Assembly (NCBI GenBank): GCA_047285535.1
Contig: JBJBDC010000001.1
Coordinates: forward strand, 416,136-480,135
Direction: 5' to 3'
DNA length: 64,000 nt
Source of the DNA: Synechococcus sp.
GTDB lineage: Bacteria; Cyanobacteriota; Cyanobacteriia; PCC-6307; Cyanobiaceae
The notes under the pieces were generated by a model. It was given only the letters and a program-made list of their open reading frames with translations. It was not told the DNA's origin and searched no databases. Positions 44,633 through 55,029 of this stretch are shown here, piece after piece. The stretch's first letter is position 1. Every line of letters starts with the position of its first letter. The position numbers and the translations under genes were made by a program.

Positions 44633-44926
44633 TCAGCTCTTTCCAGTAATGGCCCCATTAAAGGGATCTTCTTCATCTTTGAAACCATCAATATAACTGG
44701 TTTTGTTCGATCCATCAGAGTCACAGGAGCCACAGGAGTCAAGATTCTGATCGACCGTTTCAAGTTCTTTGAGAATCTTTTTAGCTCCTTTATAGACCAA
44801 ATAACCAATACCTCCAAGAACGAGGGCTGGCAAAATTGGGACAGCACCACCGTTATATGACGCAAGGTCTTCAAGACTTAACTCTTGATCAACTGAGTCT
44901 TGGTTGAGGGTTGTTGTGTCAATCAT
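44633..44926 (-). CDS. Double-glycine bacteriocin-like precursor
   Basis: DQELSLEDLASYNGG-AVPILPALVLGGIGYLVYKGAKK...CGSC; box at 45016-45031. Confidence 0.75.
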   Translation of the reverse strand: MIDTTTLNQDSVDQELSLEDLASYNGGAVPILPALVLGGIGYLVYKGAKKILKELETVDQNLDSCGSCDSDGSNKTSYIDGFKDEEDPFNGAITGKS

Positions 44927-45264
44927 GGTTTTGAATGTAGTAGAAGTGTTTGACTTCGGCATACACAACATCGCTGAGGTCAATCCGAAATGCGATGATC
45001 CAAATCACTAATCATAGTGATATTGATCACAACATCATCAAAGAAACAATGTCTTGCCCAAAGCTGTACTCTTCTCCTGTGTATTCGAGTTCAAAAGGTA
45101 TAACCTATGAAGAATATTGCCTCAGTTAATGCATCCTAAAGTCGATTAGATTCAATCGATCTACTCAAGGCCTGGTTCGTATTGTTGAAAGAACAAATAC
45201 ATGGGTCAAACACGAATGCAGATGGTTCGAATTATCATTTATCTTGCTTAAAGAGCAGTGTCAA

Positions 45265-45453
45265 TTAACCTGAGTTGTTATTGCTACCAGAGTTCGAGGA
45301 GTAGCTCGCGGATTTGCTACTACTGTAACTGGAATAACAGGACCGACCAAAACCACCGCTAATCCTCTTCAAAGTCTCAGGCTTAATTTCCTCGTCAAGC
45401 TGCGCTGAATCTTCAGGTGTCTCTTCTAGAGATTGTGGTTTGGGTTCGGTCAT
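45265..45453 (-). CDS. Double-glycine precursor peptide, paralog of 41526-41720
   Basis: DEEIKPETLKRISGG-FGRSCYSSYSSSKSASY. Confidence 0.8.
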   Translation of the reverse strand: MTEPKPQSLEETPEDSAQLDEEIKPETLKRISGGFGRSCYSSYSSSKSASYSSNSGSNNNSG

Positions 45454-46043
45454 GGTGTTTGGTGTCTTGAAGTGTTGGAACCAAAAGAGATGGCCACTCC
45501 CTCTTTAGACCCAAATGGCCTTAGTCTTCTGAGGAAACGATGAGAAATCAGCTCTTTGCTGTACTTCTGAATCCAACAGACTGAACGGATGTGACGGCCA
45601 TACGTGATTCGTGATGATGTTGCTCTGTGATTTTGAATACAGAGGACAGAATCAGTACAATCGAGAATTTCCGCATTGTCGCTCCGTTAACAGACAATAG
45701 GGTGTGCTATGAATAACCACAGAGCTTTCAATAGGACCCAGTGGTGTAACGAGCAAACAGTCCAGGCTTGATCACAGATCGTTGTTAGTTAGGGGAAGAT
45801 AGGTTTAATCGAGAGATTCGACGCTGTCCAGAACACGGCAAATTCCACTTCGACAACGAATGACATCACATCGTATGATCTTAGTAGTACTTGTCTGACT
45901 ATCAGATAAAGCAAGGTTTGTGGTGACTTCAATTACTCAGGCCAACATAAAATACCGATACTTTGATGATGATTCAGCTGTGCTAAGGGGATAAAAATGG
46001 ATTAGTGAAACTCATTGAACCGCAAATAGCCAATACTTGATCT

Positions 46044-47660
46044 CTAACAAGGATTAGGGTTGGTCTCCATAAATGATGCTAACCAAGGGAATCTCTTCTG
46101 TCGTTCTGATAGGGAACAGAGGGTATGCCAGATAAGGCGATTAGATCCAGGAAGTCCATTGTCAATAATAACATCATCATCAACTACCAAAAGGAATGAA
46201 CTTGAAGAGTCATTGTTTAACAACATACTCCATTCAAAAATACCTTTTGGGAACAGAACACTACCGGAGTTTTGGCGAACTTTGATTGATAGTGATTCAA
46301 AGAAGGATGTAAAGTTTTTATTTTCATCGAAAACCTCATCAGCGTGAATAATCCCAATATCCAAGTCACCTTGACAGCTCCAGAAATCTTCAATAGCAGA
46401 AAGCTCCTCTTTAATCTCTCGTTCGATAACCGACTTGGGATCGTTAAGGTAACCAAAGCCACATGGTATATTCATTTCTAAAATCACACCAGAATCAATT
46501 AATTTTGAGTCTTCATTCTTTAGTATTAGATCTATTCCACAGCTAGGGAACCCTAATGTAGCAAGCATGGACTCAATAGTCTTCACATCGTCCTCATGAA
46601 TCATGGATGACTCCACAAGATGTAATGTTGATGCACTTATCGCTGGAGAAAGAGGAATCGATTTTCCCTTCTCGGGAATACACACGTTCAAATCCGTTAA
46701 GGAATAAACCTCATAGCCAATCGTCCGCTTTAGAAGTTTTTCTCTTAAATGTGTATTAGTCTCGATTTCGTTCATTAGTTGTGGATATTTATCGTGAATC
46801 AGCTTGCCTAGGCTTGAACAACCGTCACCAGTAACTGATTTAGGTTTCCCCCTCCATACTGAGTGGAGCTTACCATTACTAAAATAAACTCGATATTCAC
46901 AACCTTTTACTTCCTCCTCAATAATATATTGATCCATATGACCACCCAAGTTTCTGAGTGCGTGTGTCAATTGCTCTGATGTCTGAATACCAATAAAGAC
47001 CTTTTCAGAATTCGAAGATGTAGGCGACTTGACGACAATTGGCCCCTTCAAGGTTGAGGCTACCTCGTGAGCCATATCATATCCCCAAACTGTTGCTCCA
47101 TCCGCTACAGGTAATCCGAAAGACTTAAGATACGATCTACAAACCGATTTATTTGTGCCAACTAACGAAGAAATACAATTGGATGATGGTCTCATATTCA
47201 TTATAAATAATCTTGCATATCGACCAAAACCCATCATCGTATAAGGAAATGAGCCTAGAAATCCACACGTAACAGGGATTTTATTTTTCTTGCAAAAGTA
47301 GTAATGGATTCCAAAGGTGGCTTCAAAGAGTTCCTTATTGGCCTGAGCCTGATTGACTTTGATAACCTCTGCAGGTGTCAGGCACTCATTAACAATTAAA
47401 TGACAAAGTGTATCTATGTCTAGAAAGTGTGAAAGCTTGCAATAAGCATGTGTGATGCCATCAAAAGAATCACCGAAATGAAGGGAAGATACAAGATTGT
47501 TGTCCGAAAAAATAAGCCATTTGTTATTCAGCTCATCCTCTACACACCCCTTTATCCAAAAATGAGCAATCTGTGATCCTGGAACAAAAGATCTCGATTT
47601 GTGGTAACAACTTTTGATGACTCTACAACGAGGTTGGGAATCCATATTGTTTATTGGCAA
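46044..47660 (-). CDS. ATP-grasp ligase (cyanophycin synthetase/GshAB-like ATP-grasp domain)
   Basis: NKSVCRSYLKSFGLPVADG, PIVVKS, IIEEEVKGCEYRV, VTGDG, CGIDLI, ILEMN; no Mur-ligase domain. Confidence 0.8.
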   Translation of the reverse strand: MPINNMDSQPRCRVIKSCYHKSRSFVPGSQIAHFWIKGCVEDELNNKWLIFSDNNLVSSLHFGDSFDGITHAYCKLSHFLDIDTLCHLIVNECLTPAEVIKVNQAQANKELFEATFGIHYYFCKKNKIPVTCGFLGSFPYTMMGFGRYARLFIMNMRPSSNCISSLVGTNKSVCRSYLKSFGLPVADGATVWGYDMAHEVASTLKGPIVVKSPTSSNSEKVFIGIQTSEQLTHALRNLGGHMDQYIIEEEVKGCEYRVYFSNGKLHSVWRGKPKSVTGDGCSSLGKLIHDKYPQLMNEIETNTHLREKLLKRTIGYEVYSLTDLNVCIPEKGKSIPLSPAISASTLHLVESSMIHEDDVKTIESMLATLGFPSCGIDLILKNEDSKLIDSGVILEMNIPCGFGYLNDPKSVIEREIKEELSAIEDFWSCQGDLDIGIIHADEVFDENKNFTSFFESLSIKVRQNSGSVLFPKGIFEWSMLLNNDSSSSFLLVVDDDVIIDNGLPGSNRLIWHTLCSLSERQKRFPWLASFMETNPNPC

Positions 47661-47671
47661 AAGGAATAAAA

Positions 47672-47925
47672 TTAGCTAGGGCAGCACATCAAGCCTGTAT
47701 CACTTGAAGCTGTGCAATTATCGTTACCTTTTAGTTTAGAATCTTTTGATGGCTCAAACTTGTTCGTTTGAAACTGTATTCATGAGCCTTGAAACTCTTT
47801 TCGATACAATTCTTGCTAGTTGCAGACCGCTTAAATTGACCTCCAGAAGCACTATAATCAATTTCTTTTAACAGCTCATTATTGGCTTCGCTGTGAGCTT
47901 CTTCTCTGCTGTCAAAAGTGGACAT
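47672..47925 (-). pseudogene. Precursor peptide paralog with 1-nt frameshift near 47778
   Basis: ...SASGG...SFKAHE / QFQTNKFEPSKDSKLKGNDNCTASSDTGLMCCPS*; aligns with 48490-48765. Confidence 0.8.
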
Positions 47926-47967
47926 GACGACTAGACTGTATCAACTAATTAGATTTCTAGCCAATCA

Positions 47968-48357
47968 ATGTTGCAAGCCAACAGAAACTTAACAACTTTT
48001 CAATCATCTATGCCATTCTCAAACTTTCCAGAAATAGATTGTAGCTTGATGCTTTTAAAATTCACTGATGATAGTTGTGGATTATGCTATAAAATGGCTC
48101 ATTTTGACAGTGTAGTGGCCAATAAAATGAGCATCGATATGGTGGAAATTAAAACCAGCTCTAAGGAGTTTGAGCATTATCGTGAGTTGTTTTATTCTTT
48201 TTTCCAAGATTCAGAAGTTGCCGGCTGGCCAACATATATTTTAGTTCGCATCGATGGAGAAAAAGGTATGCCCTTAGGTGTAATCAAGGGAGCATTGCCT
48301 AAGAAAGAGTTTCGAGAAGGTCTAGCCTCCTTTCTTTCCGAGAATCAACTTGAATAA
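47968..48357 (+). CDS. Thioredoxin-like protein (CGLC)
   Basis: LLKFTDDSCGLC, GWPTY cis-Pro loop, IKGALPKKEF. Confidence 0.8.
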   Translation: MLQANRNLTTFQSSMPFSNFPEIDCSLMLLKFTDDSCGLCYKMAHFDSVVANKMSIDMVEIKTSSKEFEHYRELFYSFFQDSEVAGWPTYILVRIDGEKGMPLGVIKGALPKKEFREGLASFLSENQLE

Positions 48358-48418
48358 CAAGCCATTACCATAGACACCTTGTAAACCATAAATGGCTTAG
48401 CTGGCTGATAACAGCTAT

Positions 48419-48455
48419 ATTGACCCCCATCGATTGATAGTTGATGGGGATCAAT
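48419..48455. terminator. Hairpin between the convergent thioredoxin and precursor genes
   Basis: ATTGACCCCCATCGA...TTGATGGGGATCAAT inverted repeat. Confidence 0.55.
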
Positions 48456-48489
48456 AGAGACTCTTATATTAATTCGATTAAAGTTAAAA

Positions 48490-48765
48490 TTATCCAGGGC
48501 AGCCCATCACTCCAGTATCACTTGTCGCAGTGCAATTATCACCTGCTAGTTCGCGGATTTTAGAAGGATCAAACTTATCGATTTGAAGCTCTAATTCCCT
48601 AGTTTTAAAACTTCTAGCACGAAAAGACTGGCTCGGAGCCATAGGTTTGAAATTGCCTCCTGATAAGCTAGAAAGCTCACTTAAGGTTTCCGAATTAATT
48701 TCTTTGTCTATTTGCTCTGAAGCCTCTGGAGATTGATCAAAGGCTTGTGAGTTGATTTTAGTCAT
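48490..48765 (-). CDS. Double-glycine precursor peptide ending DNCTATSDTGVMGCPG
   Basis: IDKEINSETLSELSSLSGG leader; perfect CRP-type box at 48937-48952. Confidence 0.8.
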   Translation of the reverse strand: MTKINSQAFDQSPEASEQIDKEINSETLSELSSLSGGNFKPMAPSQSFRARSFKTRELELQIDKFDPSKIRELAGDNCTATSDTGVMGCPG

Positions 48766-49617
48766 GGTGTTCAGTATGTGAAGTTAAAAAATCAGAAGGG
48801 ATGGCTGCTACCCGTTGCGGACACAATTGGTTGAGTCTGTTTCGGAAGTGCTGAGAATCAGCGCTGTCCTTTCCCCCTGACTCCCTCAGTTTGTCTGGAT
48901 TCACTCGTCCTACCGATGATCTCTGTCACGTTGGACTGTGATCCTGCTCACAGGCGCTATTACAGTGGCCTCTACCATGTTTAGGGAGGCTTGTTGTGCG
49001 CAAGTTATATGCAGCGGTGTATGCACTGAATCACTCACAAAGGTATCTAAGGTCCCACAGTGACTAGATAGATAGATTTCAAACCTCAATTCCACAATCG
49101 TTGAAAATACAACTCCTCAATCTCAACAATAAATGTTCAATAATTTTCGGCCTTGTAAGCCATAAATAATACTTAGGCAGTCTATGCTCTTTGTTCACGT
49201 GCAATCCACACATTCAAATATGAGCACATCAAATCCGGCCCTGAGAGACCAGTTCATCAATAAAATTAGAAAATTAGGTTAAATTGAATAACGCAAAAAG
49301 CGCGTAAATACGTATTAAATGAGACTCGAACAATGGTCAGATAGGTCAATATATGTTGGTCTGACAACTTAATAATTGCCTTGAATTGCTAACTTGTTTT
49401 AATCCTGAAGCGTTGAGACCCTGGCTCTTCATGCTTGTCGCATAAGCACAATATGTCTTGTTTTATCACAGGATAGACACATGAATCACAGCTCAAAATC
49501 TCTTCAATCAGATCATCCAAAATGTTGAGTTTATCAACCCTGTGTTTCGATCCTCAAACCACAAGCAAATGGCCACGGTACAACGAGTTACAAACTTATC
49601 TTGGCGGTCGGTATGGT

Positions 49618-50322
49618 TCAAATATTTGACTCGACGAGTCCATGGGTCAAGGCATAAACAGCTGCTTGAGTTCTATCTCTAACCCCTAACTTCTGCATCG
49701 CTGTACTCACATGGCTCTTGACTGTCTCTACTGAAAGAAAAAGGCTTTGCGCAATCTCGTTATTCTTCATTCCTTGAATGATACAACGAATGACTTCTAG
49801 CTCCCTTTCTGACAATGGGTCAACAAGCGTGGGCAATGGCTTTACCTTTGCTGTAGCAACTTCGCGTACAGCTTTTGGGAAGTAAATTCCACCACTAGTG
49901 GTAACAGTTAAGGCTTGAATGAAATCACCTGAGCCAGTACCAATAGAAGAATTAAACATCACTCCATCAGCTCCTGCTTCCATTGCTTCTTGAACAACCT
50001 CTGGCGTCTCCCTATTAAGAAAAATCATGGCCTTAAGTTCTGACGATTTTTTTTTGGCAGTCTCTACGAGCCTAATTCCATAGCCCGTTTCTAATTCTTC
50101 GCTGGTAATCAAGATATGTGGGTTGCTTTCTTGTTGAATTTGTAGCGCTTCATCTTCAGTTGTTGCTCCGCCTACGAGTGATTGCAAAATAGGAGTGCAA
50201 AGGCAAAGCGCGGAGAGCGTCAAGCGGTTTTTTGAACAAACTAATACCCTTTTGTGTGCCAATAATTTCTGACAGACAGCTGAGGCCTTCTTCATTGATT
50301 GTTCAGATGGATTGATCCTCAC
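49618..50322 (-). CDS. NarL/LuxR-family response regulator (start uncertain)
   Basis: LSERELEV...GMKNNEIAQSLFLSVETVKSHVS...KLGVRDRTQAAVYA; atypical receiver. Confidence 0.88.
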   Translation of the reverse strand: MRINPSEQSMKKASAVCQKLLAHKRVLVCSKNRLTLSALCLCTPILQSLVGGATTEDEALQIQQESNPHILITSEELETGYGIRLVETAKKKSSELKAMIFLNRETPEVVQEAMEAGADGVMFNSSIGTGSGDFIQALTVTTSGGIYFPKAVREVATAKVKPLPTLVDPLSERELEVIRCIIQGMKNNEIAQSLFLSVETVKSHVSTAMQKLGVRDRTQAAVYALTHGLVESNI

Positions 50323-51324
50323 GTCTTGATGTTTGTGATTTAACAATCGTAGCTCACATCCTATCTTCAGCAATTTTCCACCGAATAACGAGAGATCACA
50401 ACGTTCAAACCTTGGCAAAGTTTTGATTGGATGCTCACTTGGTGCCAACGTTGCTGGTTTCTATTGATATTGAGAATGACTAAAAATCCGAGAATTCATA
50501 ATGGTGGATTGAGTAATGTTTCAACTCTGCACGTTCGTCGCTACTGAGTCTTGATTTGTTCGATTGCTTTTGCTCTTAGCCCTTGTCCCATCCTTAAGGA
50601 AGGTCTCATGGCGCCCCCTTCGGCCTTAGCCCTCTAAGGACTGCGACCAGTATCAGCTGCATGAAAACCTCGCCTTACCCAGCATCAAATCCAAATGATC
50701 AAGACACAACTCAGCTGCTGCTTACGCGATCGGTGGCCGCCAACGACAAAGCCGATGCATAAGTCAGCCAAATGTGTTATATATAACGTACGCCAAAGAA
50801 CCCAGTAAAGGGACCACTGAGCGCGAACCATAAAGTTGAATCAATGAATCAAACAACACTCATTGCCAAAAGAGGTTTGCCTGCTTCAAGCGACAGTAAG
50901 CAAAAGCAACCCAAGCAAGAACCCGAACTCATCACTTGGGAGGAATTGATCGGCAGACAATAAATGATGCTCACCTAGTTGATCAGATTCCTTTTGAACA
51001 GTCACTGAGAAGGTGGCTTGAGGGTTGAGAGCTGATGAAGAACAGTCTTTATCCCATTGATGTTTTGCTCTATCAACACTATTGATGCGCTTTGAAGGAA
51101 TGGATGATCCATCGTTTCTCATGGCTTGAACTGCCGGCCGACAACACCTGCAGTGGCACCTCACCAGGACTGCCACACGCTGAACAGCCACATGGCTGAC
51201 CACCAAAGACGTTGTTCTGAGATGGATTGAAGGCGGCAGTCATATCCAGCTGCATGAAGAAGGGATTGAGTTACCTGCTGACTGCAAAAATTCGGCACTC
51301 TCAAGTCGTACTGGCAAAGGAGCC

Positions 51325-51879
51325 ATGTCCAAAAGAATCATCGCGGTGTTATTGCTGATGGTCTCATCAACGGCACCTGCAATCGCTCATCCTCGCCACC
51401 ATCGTGGTGCTTACGACCGTCACCATGATGAGGTCCACAACTACCACTATCGTCGCCCTTCAGAGAGACGAGTTGTCAAAACATACAGGCGTCCTCTCGA
51501 GAGGGACGTGGTTACAACCTACAGACTTCCCACAAAAAAGAGGTATCAAAGAATTTACACGCGCCCTTATGAAAGAGATGTCGTGACTAGCTACAGGCTT
51601 CCTGTTGAACAAAGGTCGAACAGGATTTACAAGCATCCTGTTCAACGCGAAGTCATCAAAAGCTACAGAAGGCCTGAAGACAATCGTTATCGGCACGAGC
51701 GCTATGGGACTCAAGTCAGCAGAGCTGATACCAATAGTTGTGTTGAGGGAAGTGTCATTGGTGGACTTTTAGGTGCTGGTCTCGGCGCGGTGTTATCCAG
51801 AGGAGAAGGACGTTGGATTGGAGTACCTCTTGGTGGTGCAGCAGGTGCCCTAGTGGGGTGCCAGGTTGATGGAGGTTAA
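51325..51879 (+). CDS. Secreted glycine-zipper protein with 12-aa tandem repeats
   Basis: Signal peptide, YxxPxER-type repeats, GSVIGGLLGAGLGA...GAAGALVG. Confidence 0.8.
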   Translation: MSKRIIAVLLLMVSSTAPAIAHPRHHRGAYDRHHDEVHNYHYRRPSERRVVKTYRRPLERDVVTTYRLPTKKRYQRIYTRPYERDVVTSYRLPVEQRSNRIYKHPVQREVIKSYRRPEDNRYRHERYGTQVSRADTNSCVEGSVIGGLLGAGLGAVLSRGEGRWIGVPLGGAAGALVGCQVDGG

Positions 51880-52256
51880 TGAACTTCAGGAAGGCATGGT
51901 TACCTTCTTGGACTTCAGCCATAAATAGGCCTTAGCTGGAGTCAGCGGAGAGATTCCAATGACTCCTAACTCAACATCTCCTCGTAACGGCCATCAGTTC
52001 TGACATGGAATGGTTCACGCTCCTTCTGCTCAGGATTGAGCAACATGGCCAGCCTAAAAACTAACGAGTTCCTCAAAGTTCTAACCATGAAGCCGGTCGC
52101 GCCAGGGGAGCACAAATGTCCTCTCATCCACGTCTATTAGGGCAAGGTCAAGCTTTTCCAAAAAGCCCATCGTCCATGTGAAACCACGAAACGGAGACAA
52201 TCGACCAAGTCTCAAGTCAACACTTCAGAGTTTCAGCAGGCAATCGAAATGAACCC

Positions 52257-52343
52257 TTGAGGAAGGTTTCTTCACGGAGTGGAAACAAGGAAACATGCCT
52301 TGGGTGAAGCGCAGATGCCCTGTCTTTGGCGGGGTTTTGTTTT
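52257..52343 (+). ncRNA. yfr2: Yfr2-family sRNA
   Basis: TTGAGGAAGGTTTCTTCACGGAGTGGAAACAAGGAAACA plus terminator. Confidence 0.75.
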
Positions 52344-53143
52344 GGCTGATGATTGGCTTAATATCAAGAAAACTATCTCATCATCAGTTTCATTGAACCA
52401 GCGGTGAGTCAGGAGCTGTCAAGACGATTGAACAGCTCAATCAAAGACCTCACTCAAACGTAACCAATCACATCAAGCTGCCATCTGCGGAGTTAACGAT
52501 TCAATCAGCCTTGACAGCAGAAGCAGAGACCACCAAAACCAACTATTGAATCAAATCTGGATTTCAATGAACTGGTTGCTGAACATCTGAAGAATGCGCT
52601 TAACGCTTGAGACAAAACTTGAAAAGAGTTTGATTGGTTTGCTTGGCAAACACTAATCTGAATTTGAAAAGTCGATCACCAGTGGACAGCACAATGCCTT
52701 GCTTTCCTTCAGCTTTGGAACAGAGACTCACGCTTGCGTCAAACGTCACGCCAAATCCTTGATGGTTGTCTCAATTAGATGACACAACTTGGAAACTTTC
52801 GCCTCCTGTCAACTCACCATCTCTGGATTCACGAGTCCACTCGTTGAACTCTCAGACACTCGCTGTGATTTTGCTCCCGGGCTCCTAGCAAACCTGCTGC
52901 AATAGTTAGTTTCAGCTTTGCTTCTGGCAAGTGATTAATAACGGGCCAATGCTGGATGGTCGATGTGATGCACGTTCTAGAGATTGAAAAGACTCCAAGC
53001 TTTCAACAATGCTTCAGGTTGATCATGTTGAGGATGGGACAGGCCTCCGGGTCAATGGCGATTGAGGGACTCCAATCGTCCCGAAGAACTCGACACCACT
53101 ACCACTGCTAGCGGATGGGCTTCTCTTCAACGTTGCGTGGTCA

Positions 53144-54238
53144 TCACGCCGGTGACGCCAACAAAGCAGCACTGGCAATCAAACCCAGATAGGTGCCTCC
53201 TAAATACCCCAAAAGGCCTAGAGCCACCGAAGGTAACGCCAATTCAGGGCGCTTGAATGAGGTAGCCAAAGCCAAAGCCGTGCTCGGGCCTCCAATCGAG
53301 GCCTGCGAAGCAACCAAGGTTTCTGCCAGGGGCCATCGGCGACACCGGCGTAACAGCAACAAACCAACAGCCTGCATCGCCACAATGAGCAAGGCATAGG
53401 TCAGGACCGGCAGACCTTCTCCGAGCAAGCCCCCCACGGGTGAGCTCAATCCGATCACAGTGAAGAACGGTTGGATGAACAACAACCCCACTTCATAACA
53501 ACCGCGGCGACTGAAACGGCCCGGGAATTGCGCAGTGATCAGAGCCACGGTGGTGAGAATCATGATTGAGGGGACTGCAGGCAACAGCAGCTCAAGAAAG
53601 CGCGATGCCGCGAGTACTCCCAACCCCCAAAGCAAAGCAAAGCCATAAACCCTCACTGGCTGTTTCGTCTGAAAGTGGTTCTGAGGTTTCGGTTCACCAG
53701 CGCCTGCCAGCTCAGGTCGTCCCCATCGCTGACCGATCCAGAGGCTGACGCCAAACCAAATTGCAAAAGCCACATGGTCAGCAGCGGTGGCGAGCAGCAG
53801 CAGCGATTTCGGCGGATTCAATGCCCTGGCAACAGAAACAAAATTGAGGCTGCCGCCGGTGAATGTGGCGGTGAACACCCCAGACAAAACACTGCGTTGC
53901 TCACCGAGCCAGGGCCCCAACAAGACTCCGCCCATCAACACAGCCATCAGGGTGAACACAACAGCAGCCACAAAGGGAGTGATCAAGCGGCGGGCATCAG
54001 GCCAAACCCTCCTGAGATCGACCGCCAGGAGTAACTGCGCAATCGCTAAAGAAGTGAGTGGTCCAGTGATCAAGCCGGCTGCTTCGCTATTCGGCTGCCA
54101 GCCTGTGATGTTGGTTACCAAGAGCCCCAACAACAGCACGACCATCGTCATGCCCAGCTTCTGACCCCAGGTGGTAGAGCGGCTCAGCCACCAGCCCAAA
54201 GCTGTCAAAAGCAGGATCATCACCACCACAAGTGCCAT
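53144..54238 (-). CDS. DUF819-family membrane protein
   Basis: ATFTGGSLNFV, ASQASIGGPSTA, LGYLGGTYLG. Confidence 0.85.
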   Translation of the reverse strand: MALVVVMILLLTALGWWLSRSTTWGQKLGMTMVVLLLGLLVTNITGWQPNSEAAGLITGPLTSLAIAQLLLAVDLRRVWPDARRLITPFVAAVVFTLMAVLMGGVLLGPWLGEQRSVLSGVFTATFTGGSLNFVSVARALNPPKSLLLLATAADHVAFAIWFGVSLWIGQRWGRPELAGAGEPKPQNHFQTKQPVRVYGFALLWGLGVLAASRFLELLLPAVPSIMILTTVALITAQFPGRFSRRGCYEVGLLFIQPFFTVIGLSSPVGGLLGEGLPVLTYALLIVAMQAVGLLLLRRCRRWPLAETLVASQASIGGPSTALALATSFKRPELALPSVALGLLGYLGGTYLGLIASAALLASPA

Positions 54239-54777
54239 GGCGTCTTCACTCGAATTGATCGTTGTCCTTAAGTCAGAAATCTGAGGGTATCGTCCACAAC
54301 TGTAGGGAAGGGTTAGAGGACGGATAGAGGGTCAATGTCAGCGAGATTGAAAGGTTTGTCTTCTTCGTTTCACTGGCGGCCAATATGCCTGGCAACACAG
54401 AAGTTGTTTGCAATCATTGGAATTTCAATACCTAAGTCCTATTTCCAGTTGGTGATACTGAGAACGAACTCAACTTGCGATCAAGGTAGTGTACTTTCGA
54501 TCCGGAACTGCCGGTGCCGTAAGGAAGATCAATCCCTCGTGTAGGAGATGCCTCTGAATCGTGGAGCAGAAATTTTTTTTAAATTAGATCTTCATGTTGG
54601 AATAACCTGTCAGTCATCCAGGAATTCCTCCTGGATGATTCAATCCAGTGGCGAAGACCACGAGCTGCACTGATGTGGCGCGGAAGATCCACGGAAGTTT
54701 CACTCCCGTTGAAATCATCAGAATTTCTATCCCCGCCATGAGTCTTATCTGAGGCTTCCCAAGAGGACCCTTTCATC

Positions 54778-55029
54778 ATGTTCCATTCTTCTACAACACG
54801 GCTGTTTTTATCAGCAGCACTGTCGGCACTGATAACTCCAGCCTCTGCGATGACGAATACAACACTCCTTCAGGAAAAATTGATCAGCCCTGCTGTTTAT
54901 GAGCTTCTGAACAGCCATGGTGCCACCACCAGTGAGCAACGGTTTCAAGTCATCCGCAGGGCTTGCGCCGCAGGTCAACTTGCTCCCATTGACTGCGAAC
55001 CCTTAATTAGGCACAGATTACGCCAGTAA
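54778..55029 (+). CDS. Small secreted protein
   Basis: Signal peptide ending ASA, two Cys. Confidence 0.55.
   Translation: MFHSSTTRLFLSAALSALITPASAMTNTTLLQEKLISPAVYELLNSHGATTSEQRFQVIRRACAAGQLAPIDCEPLIRHRLRQ

Noticed and set aside
46044..47660. Cyanophycin synthetase cphA
   Set aside because: Only 538 aa, lacks the Mur-ligase domain, no cyanophycinase nearby
54430..54560. Possible cobalamin riboswitch (TCCGGAACTGCCG)
   Set aside because: GGGAA and B12-box elements not found, and no B12-related gene downstream
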